Below, piece after piece: positions 37,024 to 51,568 of a stretch of 64,000 nt of DNA (its first letter is position 1; each line of letters begins with the position of its first letter). A program made the translations under genes and the position numbers. A model generated the notes under the pieces. It searched no databases. It saw only the letters and a list, made by a program, of their open reading frames with translations, and was not told the DNA's origin. The stretch is from Camelus ferus (Eukaryota), in assembly GCF_009834535.1 (NCBI RefSeq), contig NC_045714.1, forward strand, positions 6,262,001 to 6,326,000. The letters run 5' to 3'.

Positions 37024-38679
37024 AACATGAGATTTTTGCTTTGTTTTATGCTTAAAGAGAGAGATTAGCCTGAGTTAGAGGCTAAAACATGTTACGTGAC
37101 AGAAGGAGCACTGTAGTGGGAGTCTGGACACCTGGCTGGAGGCTGGCAAATGTTTCGTCGTTTCCCCAAACGTGACAGGAGCAGCGGGCATCTCTAGCCC
37201 CTTTCCGGCCCCGACAGGTGCGTTGGTTCCACCACCAGTGGCTGTTTGCCTTCAGGCAGGCAGGTGCACCTCTCTCAGCCTTTGTGTCATCATCTGTAAA
37301 ACAGGGCTAATAGCCATCCCATCTCTTAATGCTCCTTACTTCAGCCGGGGTCAGGTACATGATGGGAGCTTCAGCAAACAGCAAGGATGCTGCTGGTGGA
37401 GGAGAACGTGGCCTCTTAGAGGAGCTCCCTGAAGACAGAGCCTGAGGGGGGAGTGCGGTGCCTGTGACATATTGAGGGCCAGCCCCCAAGGCAGAGAGAA
37501 CCAGGTGAGGCTGAGCCTGATCCCACTGGTGGGTGGGTGACGGGGGCCCTGGCGTGTGAACTGAACAGAATTGGGCCCACCTTGAGGCGAGGGGCTAGAC
37601 TTTGTGACCCTGTGTTAGCCAGTTGTTGATCCTGGGCTGCCTCCTGGGGTGGAGGTGGGGGCTTCCTTGTGCAAGAAGGTAATTGCAGGATTAGGGGGCA
37701 CCTCGGAGCTGTTAGAAGCCAATCGTTACCCATCCATGGCACGGAGGGATGCATGCCTGCCTGGTAAAGAGGGTCAGGGTGGCCACCAACGGGACCCTCT
37801 GCACCTCTCCTTCATTCCTGAAAGACTGAGGCGTGGTGGTCCTTGCTGTTTCTGTGCAAACTCTCGTGGGATCACGGCCTGTGACGGGGAGCAATAGCTG
37901 GCATATTGAGCGACTCAGCCTTCCAAGTGGCATTGTCTACCTGGAGTTGATGTGTCTTCATTCAGTGGAAGTGAGAAGGTGGCTCAGCCCTTTGCACAGC
38001 CCTTCTCGCCCCTTGCTGGAAAGGAAAGCAGCCAGGAACATTATCCACACAGAGGCCAGAGAGATGAGATCCTGGGGGCTGCTTGATGTGAGAGAAATCA
38101 CTGTAAAAAGCACATTATCTCGGAGACAGAGGAAAGGATGTTACCAGGCAGTCCTCAGGGAAGCGTGGGACCTTGGCAGGTCATCGGAAGGCTTCCCAGG
38201 GGTGTGAACAGAAATCTTCTCCGTGTTAGAAGTTGAGCAATTCCAGTCCATGAGATTTGTTGCAATTCGGTTCTGCCCTTGCAGATAAAATAGACGGGTG
38301 CTAGAAGCTGACAGATGAAGTCCTCTTGGCTAGGGATGTAACTGCGCTGGGCTAGAATAAAGTGTCTCAGGGTGCTAGGGGGCTGGGGGAGAGCACTTGG
38401 AATCAGGAGAGATGCAGGGCTGAGAGAAGCTGTGCCTCATAAACTAAAGACCCAAGCAGGGCACAGAGTCAGCAATCCTCAAATCAGAGATTAGCCTGGG
38501 AGCAGCCCATCCTTGCAATTGGGGCGTGGAGGAGGGGAAGTATTGTGCAGCAAATGTCTGGGAGTTGTGCATAAACTCATTGTTACGTCCACCCATCCAT
38601 CCATCCGTCCACTCACCCTCCACCGACACACCCGCTTATCCACCCATTATCCATCCATTCATCCTCTCATCCATTTCTC

Positions 38680-41182
38680 ACCATTAATTTTTTAAAAAAA
38701 TTGGAATAGTTAATACATTTACATGGAAAAATTTCAAATAGACAAAAGAATAAAACGTAAGCCCAGCATCTTGGCTTTCCTCCCTGGAGAAAAAAGTTAC
38801 TAGTTTCTTTTAGTTCCTTCCAGAAATACTTTGGTGCACATAAATGTATCTGTATGTACAAACAGCAGCAAACTCTTTATTTTGTGCCTTGGTCTTTGAG
38901 CATATCTTAAAGACACAGATGGCAACTGTGTCGGCTGGGGTAAGTTTTGGGTGTGCCATATATGTTTCAAGAACCAGGGTGAGTGCACATAACTGCAGAC
39001 GCGGGCTTTGAAAAGTCCTGCCACGTGGCTTTGCAGAAATCAAACATCAGTAAGATTTAATTTTTCACTTTCTGTCTGAGTTGAGACACTGGAGTTTCAT
39101 TCATCTGCAGCATTTGGTTTTAAATTGTTTTCTTTCTTGCTTCTCCAATCGCCCACATAAATGAACAGGGCGTTTTACACAGTGTTACTGAGTAACCGGT
39201 TTTTCACAACAAAGCCAATAACAACTTACCTGTTGTTTTTCTAACCACGTTCATAACTATTGCTGAAAGAGGGCTCCCTTTATCGGCACATGTGATCGTG
39301 TTTTCGTGCCCAGTTCTTAATTTCCCCCAACTTTTGTTTTGAAACTTTTCAAAGCTACAGAAAAGATAGAAGAATAGTATAATAACCATCCTCGTGCCCT
39401 TCATTTAGACTCACCAGTTGTTTGCATTTGACATTTTGACCACGGTTTTCATTGTTTCCCAGACTGTTTGAAATTAGATTGCAGACATTAAGACCCTTCA
39501 TCTCTTAGGAGCCTGCATTTCCTAAGAACCAGGACATTCTCCTACATAACCACAATACCGTGATCATGCTCAAACATTTAATAATTGGTCTAAGAATTTT
39601 ATTAGTATAAAGTCTGTATTCAGCTTTTCCCAATTATCTTCTTACCATTCTTTGAAGCTGTTTTTTTTTTTTTTTTCCCCTTTCTTTCTTGATCCAGGAG
39701 CCAGTCAAGGATCACACATTGCATTCAGTTGTCATGTCTCTTAGGGTTCTTTAATCTAGAACGTTCCCCACATCCCCCTCCTGAGCCTTTGTTCTTTCTG
39801 TCCATCATGACATTGGCATTTTTGAAGAACAAGCCCATTGTCTTCTAGAATGTCCAGTAACGTGGGTACGTCTGATTACTTCCTTATGGTTAGATTTAGG
39901 ATAAACTTTTTGGCATAGGTAAAGCCCAGGGAACATTTTTCATTTCCCACTGGGTCCTGCTGGGAGGCACACCATGGAGTCAATAGCCATTCTTGGTAAA
40001 GCTACATTTGGGCCCTGTTTAAGGTGGTATCTGCTAGCAAAGGTACTTCCTTCCTTTTCTAATTAACGGTTAAGGCCTGTGTGACCATTCTGTTCCAAAC
40101 AGCCTTCCCTCGATGGTTTCAGCATCTGCTGATGATCCTTGCCTGAATCAGTTATATTGTCAGTGACAATCTAATTCTGTCATTCATTTTACATTTATTG
40201 CCTGGTACTCTCGTGTACAGAAGCGCTTCATCCACCTGTTTCTCCTCTTTACTTTCTAGTTTCTTATTTTCAATATCACTGTGGTCTTCTGTGTTCTTTC
40301 GACTCCCCACAAGATTTGACCAGTGGGAGTCCCTTCCAACTGGCTTCTTTGACTTGGCAACAAGACTCCATCAATTCTGAGCACTTCCTTTCCCTGCAAC
40401 ACAACAAAATGTTGCCCCAGAAATGGAATAAGCATTTCTCCTTCCAATAGGGGCATGGTGTTTAGAAGCCGAGATCTGGGTGCGTTCTTGATACTGGAGT
40501 GTTATTACTTCTAGATCTTTTGAGTGGAGAGCTAAGATATGTATATATTCACATCATGAGTTCATAGTGATACTACCAACTTTTCCTCATCTCCCCCTCA
40601 TTCTGTATTTATATCTTCAGCCTCCCATAGTGAGAACCCTAATATTCAAAAATATTTAATATATTTACCCATTCGATCTATCGTACAACACACACAGAAT
40701 ACTTTCAGAATTATTATACTGTTACCACAAATCAATTAAATCAAGCTCAGGATTTCTTTGCAGTTCTTTTTGTCTCACCCACTATAGGTATCCAGTTAGA
40801 ATATGTCTAAAAGTTACCTGAATCAGTTATTTTCTCTGTGGGTTACATTATTTATTTGCTGTTAAGTTAGAGTTGTCCCTGCTTGTATTCAATTTCAGAG
40901 TTTGCTTCTTTCCACCCTTTTTCTTTTAACTTACGTGATTCAAAAGCAAAACTATGTAAGGAGTTATACTAAAAGCAATATCCCTGCCATCTCTAGCTTT
41001 GACCCCATTCTCATCTACACACTATAGCAAATAATTTTCATTAATTTCTGGATTTTTTCTTCCCATGCTTTGTTTTGCAGAAATCATCCCCCCCCTCCAT
41101 CCCACTACTGTTTTGCAACTTGCTTTTTTTTCCTTGACAGTATATCCTGGAAATAATTCCATATCAGCTCACAGGCTGATTC

Positions 41183-41219
<37 letters not shown>

Positions 41220-43140
41220 ACAGTTTCTTACTATCCCACTGTTAGTGGTACCATATTTTATTCAATAACTCCCCCATCAATTGGCATTTAAATTTAGATT
41301 ATTTCCTATATTTTGCTATGACTAATAATGCTGTAGTGAATGGTCTTGTGCATATGTTTTCATTTTCATGGAGTTATATCTGCAGGATAAATTCCTAAGA
41401 GTGGGATTTGGTGGGTCAGAGAATAAATGCACATGTAAATTTGTTAGATATTCTCAAATTTCCCTCCCTAGTGATTGCTCCATTATGCACTCCTACCAGC
41501 AACGTGTGAAGTGCCTATTTCCCCACAGTCTCGCCTGCAGAATTCGATGTTAAGCTTTTGAATTTGCCAGTTTGATAGGGGGAAAATGATATTTCATGGA
41601 GCTTAAATTTGCATTTCTTTTATTGAATAAAGTTGAGCATCTTTCTTATGTTTAAGTCTCATTATATTTATTTTTGGTTAACTGTTCATGTCCTTTGCCA
41701 ATTTTCCTAACAGGCTTTTGGTCTTTTCTTCTCCCTCTATTTTTAAGTGTTCTTTGTATAACTGAGAGATCAGCCCTTTAAAAATACGTCTGTATATATA
41801 TTTCTATAATATACCTGTAATACATTATTAGCTGAAAAATTAGTTGCAAATATTCTCTTGGTTTCTCAGTTGTCTTTTGAGTTTGCTTATTTTAAAAAAA
41901 TGTAGTTATAATTCCTCACTTTAATTCATGCTTTTGTAGTCTCATAACTCTAGGGTCAATTTTGAGATTTCTTTTTCTTTGGCATGTCTTTATTCAACTT
42001 ATTGCCAAGACCTGATGTTTCTTTTTTCCTGATATTTCCTGAATTTGGTATTTCCTTTCTACAGACCCATGACTAACGTCCTAGTCATTGGGCCCACATG
42101 GCTGTGAGATCCATTCTCCTGGATCCAGGTATTTTGATCCTAGGCTGCCTGAATGATCTTCTTAGATCTCTTAATATTGTTCTGAAAGTTTCAGAGTTCT
42201 ATTCATTTTTTTAGAAAATCATTTTTTTCCATCTGTTCTTCAGATTGGATAATTTCTATTGACCTGTATTCAAGGTGAGCAACTCTTTCCTCTGTCATTT
42301 CCATTCTGCCATTAAATCTGTCCACTGAGATTTTTATTTCATATACTTTCAGTTCTAGAATTTCTATTTGGTTTCTTTTTGCGTTTTCTTTTCCTGCTGA
42401 GGTTTCATATCTTTTTATTCATCATGATGTATTTTCCTTTACATCTTTGAGCAGTTGTAATTGCTCCTGAGAATGGGCTACATTTTCTTATTTCTTTGTA
42501 TTATGAGTAATTTTATTTTATATCTTGGACATTGTGAATATTATACCATGGAGACTGAAGATTGTTTTACTTTTCCAAAGAGTGTTGGTTTTTTGTTTTT
42601 TCAGCTAACTAAATTTGGTTGAACTAAAATTGTAAAATCTATCTCTTGAGTGGCAGCTAATACTTTAGGATTCCCCCTCCCCCTCCCTTATCTAGGCTTC
42701 TTGGAGTCTTCTCCATGCTATTCAGGGGTTAGATGGAGATTTCGGCAGTTTATATATGTAATCTTGGGATTTTTCCTCTCTGCATCTCTCCCTTTTAGGA
42801 TTCCCCACACCCCCACTTTCCAGTGACTATAATTGCTTTGAACTCTGCCTTTCAGTTATTCAGGCCAGAAAGATTGTGGGTTTTCTACATTTTAGCTTCC
42901 CATGTAGCACTGACTGGCCTGACCTCAGGCTAAAAAGCATAACAAGTCAGGAGGCCCACCTCCTGCCGTTCCTTTCTTCCCGTGTCACCTCCTCTCTCAT
43001 ATCTGCCTGCTTTGGTTGACTTTCCAGTGCCTTTATGTAGTTTGTGTCCTCTGCCCCTTGAACTTGTAGTTATTTGTAGGAAAGTCCTTCCAATAGGAGC
43101 TTACTCAGCAATAAGCAGAAGTCTGATCAATTTTTTAAAA
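38680..43140 (-). mobile_element. Cluster of old antisense L1 fragments (L1MC/L1ME-like)
   Basis: T-rich; L1 3'UTR blocks (caaggatcacacattgcattcagttgtcatgtctc), ORF2 end (gttgagcatctttc) and ORF1-region text (gataatttctattgacctgtattcaag); internal boundaries not resolved. Confidence 0.75.
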
Positions 43141-43579
43141 ACGTTTTCAGCTTTTCCCTCTTTTTCAAGAACTAGGTCCTCTTTTACTTGTCATATGATG
43201 TAGGTCAAGATGCACATGGCAAGCCCTTCAGAATACTCGCAGTTCAAGTTGCTGTCTCCGATCCATGGTGTCTTTACTGTGAGGGTGGATCCAGCCACAG
43301 AGTCTTTATTTAACTGTGGAGAATGAAAATGTCAATGTGCTGTTTGAAAATAAAGATAATATTTAGAAGAATAACAAGCTTGTCTAATTATTTCTAATGA
43401 TTAGTCTTTATACTTACTCAGTGGAGGATATAATTAAGAGCATGTTCTAAAGAAATACAAACCCCTCAATACAATTAAGTATCACCTTATCATCTTGCAT
43501 TCTTTATTACCCATTGTTGTTAAAATTAATTCTGATTTTTCTTATTTTGCTTGAAGAAGTACCCTTTTACCTACCTATA

Positions 43580-44480
43580 CCCTAGCTTTAGGCTTGCTCA
43601 TGGGTTTCCTAGCAACTGGGCTAATGAATGCAGTAATTTTTTTTTTTTTTTGTATTCCTGTATACTAGTGCTATTTTTAAGTACCAAAATACTGTCTGTA
43701 AAAAAATGTAATACTGTTATTTTGGTATTTTAAGACATCTGAAAGTTGAATCATTTACATCTTGAGATTTCAAGACAGCTTTATGCTGCATTAAAAATTC
43801 TGATTGAACAAAAGACCACTTTTTAAGAAAATATCTTTCTCATCTTCATTATCCTCAAGAGAAGGAAAATATAGATACCTGACGAAGGAAAGCTTGTGTT
43901 GCAAAGATACTACTAATAAAAATTGTCCACGTGAGTGGGGTACAAACATGACAGGTTTGAAATGGATGCAGGTAACTCTGCAGCAACAGCTGAATCAAAT
44001 GATACTGTAACTGTAGATGAAGACATGAGAGCACTTGAAGGTGGAATGGTAACAATTTCCTTAAAACTCCAAGCTCCAATCAATAAAAAGTTATTCCAAA
44101 GAATCTAAAGTTATTCCAAAGGATCTCAAAGTTATTTGAATATGCACATGTCAGAGGGAAATATTTGGATGAACTAACTCTCCTCTCCATTCCTGTAAGT
44201 CTTGTGGCAAAACATTTTTTAACAACTTGAATGATTTTCATGACAAAATGCTTGGGACTCAACTGTGGCATCACTGAAACACACTTCTATCTTTAATGAT
44301 TGCATTTAAAGAATCCAGTAATATTTTATTTTAAAATTTTCCAGTGGCTTAAAATTGCTTTTATTTTTATTCAATGTTGACTATGCTGTTTTTTTTATAA
44401 TACTTTATTAAATTTTCTCTGCTAATAACTTGTATTAAGTGTATAATAGGGACCACTTATATTCTCTTTGCTCATTGTAG
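43580..44480. mobile_element. Possible old hAT-Tip100-like DNA transposon remnant
   Basis: AT-rich with broken coding-like stretches; ends tagggaccacttata; family not confidently recognised. Confidence 0.3.
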
Positions 44481-47400
44481 TGCTTACCGTTTTGTAACAT
44501 TTATACATTTATGTATTCAAAATATATTGGAGGATTCATTTCGGTGGTTAAAGTAATTGTGTTAATTCCATCCAGTTTTTGGTAAAACAGCCGTACTAAA
44601 CATAAAATGCAAATTTAGACATTTTCCTCTGGCACCTGTACTCATTTATCTGGCCACTAGTAGTGTTGTGTGTGCTGCTGGTGTTAAATTCCTAATAGAA
44701 GATTCTTATCTGTGCTCTGTTAATCCCAGGAAGGCAGGCTGGCAGAGGACACAGTGCTCAGATCACTGTCCTAAGAGGACGTCTGGCGAAGGAGAAAGAG
44801 AATGGATTCAGGTGTTAGAGTGAGACACCGCGTTTATACCTCAGTTAAAGAATTCACTCTGCTGAGCCTCAGTTTCCATGTCTGTAAAAAGAGGAGTGAT
44901 TTTGTCTACCTTGTGGGGTTACTGTGGTTATGAAATGAGCATATCTGCCGATGTGGCTGTCTCTTGAGACACTCACCCTGTGCTGGTCTTCTCTCTCCCT
45001 CCATCCCTGAAGGAGACTTTTTCTCTGCTAGAAGGTACCTGTCAGCAGAAAAGGAGTCTGGGCACTGTTGCAAGAGTGAGGGTATTATATGTCTGCTAAC
45101 TGGGAAAGCAAGGGTCTTTGACAGCCCAGAACGAGCTTACTACAGTGAGGTCAGGGGAGGTGAAACTGACCCAGGAAAACCTGCATGAGGAATCTGGAGT
45201 CAGAAAGCGACTACCCGGATTCACATTTAGTTGTAATTTTCTCCTCTGAATGCATCTCAACTGGAGGAGTAAATTGAAACAGTGGGAATTGCGCCGTGGG
45301 AGCCTCTTCGTTTGTTTTCGGCAGGTGCTGTGAGGCTACCTAGCAGGAACCATTGAGGCCGTGAGCAGGTGTTTGTTTAGAAGCGCATTTCCAAAGAGTG
45401 GAGGGAGGGGTGGAGAGGTGGCATTTCTGCTGTTCCTTTAGAACTGAGTTAGACCTTGCAAGCGGCTTCGGGATACCTCCTGTTAGCTACTTCCCAGTGA
45501 CACCATGACACGCTGTACCATCTCTCTCCTTGCTAAATCATTCAGAGGTCCGCAAACTCAGCGGGCTAGGCGAGTGTGCAGCGGCCATTATTTTCTGTGA
45601 TTCCAAATTTATCAGACATTTACAAACCTTGGTCTGTTTATCTGATTCCATGACATAAATCTTATTGGTTTGAAAATTTCAGCTGACAAACCCCCTCTCG
45701 TTCAGGGGCCTCCCAGGCTGTGATGAGCTCTGTCTACAATCTGCCATACATCACTTCACCAAGTCAGTTTTAAAATACCAGTGACATTGTTTGTTTAATT
45801 CAAGCTTTGTGCCTGGGCTGGTTAAACAGACTTCCTACAGGATGGAGACGTGGATTAAGGAGCTTTCACCCCTCATTGTCATGTCCATCTATCTGTTACA
45901 CTGATTCTAAAGAGGAACTTTCTCCCTGAACCACGAGCACCATGCCGGGCACGTGGTGGGACTGGTGAATCTCTTTTCCTCAAGATCTCTGAGAGGCTGA
46001 TCATATCCAGATGTTTATGGCAGATTCTCTGTGGACAGTCTGTTCATTCGTTCAAATCAGGGCTCAATTCGATGGATATTTATTGAGTTCCTCTGGGGAG
46101 TTACCCAGTCCTAGGAGGGCTGCTGTCCCTGCTCAGTGGCAGTGGTCCCCCTGGTCAGTGGTGTTGGTCCCATTTTGAATGGGCCAGTCATCTCCTAGGG
46201 ATTGGACTGAACATCTCTCTTTCCAGCGAAGTCCTCTTTCCTTGTCAGCAGAATCCCGGAAGCTGGAATTGGAAGGGATCTAGGTGGTCTGCGAAGTCAA
46301 TGGTTCACAATCTCTTTGGGGGCACAGGTCTCTCTGAGAACCTGATGAAACCGTCCACCCAGAAAAATGCACATGTGCCTAGATTTACCTCTCATTCCAA
46401 CATGCATACTGAGCCCTCGCAATGTCCCATACCCTGTCCCAAATGCTGAGATACAGCAGAGGACAAACGTAATGAAAATCCCTGAACTTAACCTTCTGGG
46501 TTTATAAATGCTGAGGAGACAGCCAGGGAGAGAGGCAGACGCATTGGTGGAGGAGGGCAGAGAAGGTACCATGTTCTGCTGGCTCCATGGACTGACCCAG
46601 AGCCTGACAGATGGGTACAGGGAGCCGGGCCACTGTCTGCAGGTCAGGAAAGCTGATTAAAACCTGGGCAGTGGCGGGGTGGCGTGGATAGGTCATAGTG
46701 ACCGCAGGACTTTCCACCCCTGAAGAACTCCTGGCAGGGCAGGGCAGGCCTGGGGAGAAGGAGGTGGTGGCTAAGGAGTGTGGAGTCCCCCTGGGAGTCC
46801 ATGCTCTCGGGTCTTTATCTGCTCTATTTCTCCTCCTCTTTCTCTGGCTAATGCTTATTCGCTCTGTACATTCTAGTTTAAACAGCACCTCCTCGGGGTG
46901 GGGGTGCTGGCTGCTCCCTAGACTAGATTGAGACCCTCCTGCCAGGCTTTTCCATCATCACCACGTACCCTAGTGACTTTTTGGTACACCTGTCTTTTCT
47001 GACAGTCTCCAGCAGCTGGACCTTGGCTCCATGGCACGGGGGCTGGCTTTTCTTGTTCTCTGACCTCAGGGTCTTGCTCTGTGCCTGGAACATGGCAGAG
47101 GCTCAATAAATCTTGAAAGAAAGTAAGAATGAATAGTCACAAAGCACAGTGGAAATACAGAGGGAGTGGCTGACGCCGGGGAGGTGAGCAAAGTTTCACA
47201 CGGGGACTTGATGTGAGCTACATACTAAAGGATGAGTAGGCATTTTCCAGCTGGAGAACGAGGGTGGGTATTTCAGGAGAGAGAAGAGCAGGTGCAAATG
47301 CACGAAGGTGTGGAATTGCACAATATGTTCACGGAGTAATTTGTGCAGCAAGTCTGGGGAAAGATGTCAGGGGAATGGGCAGGGAATAGATGTCAACTAG

Positions 47401-49739
47401 TCCAAGGTAGTTGGCAGAGATCAGAGTACAAAAGACTTTGTGAGCTGTGTTTGGTTTGGGGCTTTACCCTGAAGGTCACTGGAAGTTACTGGTTGTTTGT
47501 GGGCAGGTGGATGAGATGGTGAAATTTGTTGTAGTAGAAGGATGACAGGGTAGTGGACTGGAAGGATACTAATGCTCATTGTGTTACGTCTGGAAGCAAA
47601 TTCCTCTTCTTTCCCCAGCTCCTTGGACAGAACGCTGGACAGTGGCTCCCCGCATTGCATGAGACCTTTCTCCATCATGAGGGGCAGCACGAGGAAGGGC
47701 AGCCAGTGTCAGCATGGATCAGTGAAAGGGCTTCCCTGTCACCCTGGTTGTCATCCAGGGGGCTGGAAGGGGGCTCATTTGGGGAAATCTCCCCTACTCC
47801 CAGCAGATATGGGGGCTGATCCTGACCAAGCCTCTGCTCCCCTGTCTGGCTTCCAAGACTGGTTGAGCCAGGTCAGAAGTCTGGAATGGAGGCAGGAAGG
47901 GCAATCAGTAGAGTTGATTAAGCATTCAGAATAGGTTGGGACTCCTTGGGGGAATCAACGGCTAATTGCGGTACCTGCGAAATCCACAGGAAGCAGCCTC
48001 CTGGCCACTTGTGTCTGGAGAGCAAGTTTTCAAGTAGAGCCAAAATCAAAGGTAGGCAGAGTCCTGGACCCACCATTTCTTGAGGCTCTTGAGTTGTTGT
48101 CCCATTTCCTCCTCATACAACCCTCTCAGGGTTGCATTATTACTCCGATTTTCCAAAGAAGCAGCTGAAGCACAGAGAGGTTAAGGACCTTGCCTAAAGT
48201 CACACAGCAGATCCCTAGTGCAACAGGCAAAGCCTGTACTGGTTCTCCTGGACCAGCTGCAACTTTTTCTGATTCTGTCCCAGATATGTTATCACTGCTC
48301 AGCCTATTCCCTCTGCAAATGAAATAGCCAGTGCGTATTAAACACCCTTACCTGCCAGGCACTGTTCATTATGTTATTTTGACTCCTTGCAACATTCGCA
48401 GTGAAGGTATTTATCCCCATTTCACAGACGGAGAGTTGGTCAAGGTCACAGCTGGTAGGCAGTGAGAGGTTTGAATCCAGGCAGGCAGCCCTCAGAGTGG
48501 GAGCCTGTCTCACTTCCTCTTTCTCCCTCTGCTGCTCTCCCAGCGGACAGCACCTCTTCCCATCCAAGTCTTTCCCCAGCCCCCTCTTCCTCCCCACTCC
48601 TCCCAAGCAGAATCTCCACCCTGGCACTTATGCTCAGACCTGTCTGTTAAGGAGCAAAGAGTGTGAGCATGTGTGTGTGTTAAAATGAGTCAGCAGGTTG
48701 TCCAAGCAGAAGTCTCTAGACAGCAGCGGGTGATGCCGTTGACAGAGTCAATTACTGTAGCCCCAGGGAAGGGTTGTTTAGCATCTTGAAAGAATTAACC
48801 AACCAGTGCATAATTACTGCAAATGAACCACCTCTTAATTATATCTGTGTTTCCATTAGACACCCTGGTGCGCTCCAGCCTCTGCCATCCCCGGCCCAGG
48901 TTTATTAAATCCCCTTGTCCCCAGCCAACTTCTCAGAGAGGACGGCGGCACTGTGTGTGTGGGAACAGCTACTCTACAGTTCGAACCATCAACGTAAAGG
49001 TCATGTCTTTGCTTGTGGACATTTCTGCCAGAAATATAGGAAAAGAACAAAGTTGTTTCAACAGGTTCAAGCCTTTCCGTGCTCCCGTGGAGTTGTCTTC
49101 TGCCAGATTCAATTCAGTTTGATAGTAATAGCTATTTTGCCAGCATCTCTCCCTTATGTCAGGCATGTTCATAATTCTCACCTGCATGGTAGGTGTTGTT
49201 ATGTTCCATTTTACAGATGGGGAAACTGAGGCTTGAAGGTCATGGGACTTGCCCAAGGTCATCTATTTGGTAAATTGCAACCCAGGGTCTACCTAGAATC
49301 TGAGTCTGTGCCTTGTGTGGTCAATCACACCGCCCCCACCCTTGAGCCAGCCCAGCGTGTGTTCCACATAACTCAGGTTGTGTCTGTGTCTGTGGTGTCC
49401 CCACCCCTTAAGGTCTAGTTAGAGTTGGCCTCAAACCCCACTGTATGCAAATGTAAGTTTGATGCTAGGCCCCCCAGTTGCCAAGAAGTATCTGGAGGCC
49501 TTCATTCCTGTTGTTGGGTTGGTTATGGTCCTTGTGGCTAATTTTCTCCTGCTGCCCCTGTTCCACCCCATCCAGTGTTGACTCAGAGGGGACAGTCATT
49601 CTTTCTCTCCGCTTCCCACAGAATAACCCCATTCACACCAGACATTTTTGCATGAAACAGGCTTTAGAGAAAATTTGGGGGAAATAAGGCGGTGGTTTAT
49701 GGGACCGAAATTCCAACAATTTTCAACTGAATATTAGGT

Positions 49740-49960
49740 ATTCTGTTGTTGTATGTAAACTTTGTATTCAAGTACACACAGAAAGTGAGTAAGTCATAAA
49801 TGTATAGCTTAATGGGTTTTCATAAAGTGAACATACTCATGTAACCTGTGCCCAGACCAAGAAGCAGAGTATTCGAGCCGCCCATAAGCCATCTCCCACC
49901 CTGCCAAACTTCTTCCCAGTGCTTCCCCTCTCTGTGCACTTGACATTAAGCACACAGCTA
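49740..49960 (-). mobile_element. L1ME-like 3' fragment
   Basis: aagtcataaatgtatagcttaatgggttttcataaagtgaacatactcatgtaacc. Confidence 0.7.
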
Positions 49961-51568
49961 ACGTTGGGAGAACATGTACTGTGTTTTAAATGCTTTACGT
50001 GCATCATCTCATTTAATCTTCCCATTTACTCTAAGAGAAAGGTACTTTTATTATCCCCATTTTACAGATGAAGAAATTGAGACTTAGGTTAATTTGCCTC
50101 AGCTTTTTCCTGCAGGTCAGTGGTGAAGGCAGGATTTGAACCTGGAGCTGCTTGGCTCCCGCATCCCAATTCTTAACCTCTCGTCTGGGAAAGTATCATC
50201 CTGCACTCGTTCCTCAGTGTATGTTCCAAGCCCTCACTGAATGCCAACTCCGCTTACAAAGGTGTGGTCTTTGGCTTCTGAAACAGTGCAGTGCATTCAG
50301 AAGGTGTTTAATAAATGCTGGGCGGATGAATGACTAAACAAAATGCAGTTGTTTTAGGCATAAGTTGTCTACTCAGATCCTGGCTGGGAGAGAAAATGCT
50401 ACCTAAAAGGTAATAGTTTGGAGGTCTTTTCCAGAAACCAGCCATTTGCTTCCTTCTCCCTGGGAGGCAGTGAACTGCAAGGCTAAACAAACCTTTGGTC
50501 TTGTTTCATCAACATTTCCTTGTCTTTTAATTTGTGGTAAGAGGGCATGAAAAGAAATAAACAGAGTGGTGAGGTGGGGAAAGACATCTTTTTGGCTCCT
50601 TTAGCAGGAGTCACATAAGATGGATTGAACGCTCTGCCATCCTCTCAAAGTTCACGCTGTTTTTATTCCAAAGTTGTTTCCCTGCGTGATTTATTGTCCT
50701 CTCTGGAAAATCAATTTTTCCTTCTCGAGACCACAGAAGAGCCTCCGTGTTTCAAAACACATTTCTGCCCTTAAAACTCACATATTCAGTCTTATTGCCT
50801 CTGGTATCTATAAGCAGGCCCATTCTGTGCTATTTTTAGGGTCATTTCCAGAAAAATAATTTACTTTTCATTGTGGAGTCTGTCAAGCTAAGTGGAGTTA
50901 TTTTCTCTGTGCAGTTGGATGAGTAAATCCAGTCCTCAAAGATGGGATATAAAACATTTCCTGCAGAGATGGGGCTCATCGCTGGGTTTATCTTGTGGAT
51001 TAAAATAAAAAGGAGCTACCAGGAGGTCAGCGTGTTTGTTCGGCTTTGTTACCATCTAGCAGGTCTTTTTTCCTTAAGGAGCCGGAGCTATTTGTGTTAA
51101 TAACGGTAATGGCTCCATCGGCGTTTGCCTTTATGTGCTAAAAATAGCTCCTTTTCTAGGGTTGAAAGCTAAGAGCTTAGACTTTGGAGTTGGGTGGACC
51201 AGGTTCAAATCTAGGCAAGTTAACCTAACCTCTCAGGCTTCAGTTTCCTGATCTGAAAAACAGGAAGAATAATAGTACCTACTCCATCCAGTTCTGTCGG
51301 GGGGTAAAGCAAGATAAGGCATGAGTATCAGGATGGATGTCACCATTAGGTGACAGAAGGTGAAAAATTAAGCCTTACTGCTGTTTGATTTCTGCAAAGC
51401 CACTTATGGCCCGTAGGTGACAGTCAGAACCTTGGTTTGTAGTCTGAAGGGCCAGAGGAGAGGCGTGATTTGGCTTTTGTTTTAAAAGTATTTCTCTGGC
51501 TGTGAGTTGAGGGTGGACACAGCAGAGTGGGAGTGGAAACAGTGAGGTGAATGAAGACACTACTGCCT

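Noticed and set aside
44087-44136. CRISPR-like direct repeats
   Set aside because: Units are adjacent with no spacers, only about 2.5 copies, eukaryotic context
51078-51155. miRNA-like hairpin
   Set aside because: Pairing is limited to a 10-bp stem; no extended duplex
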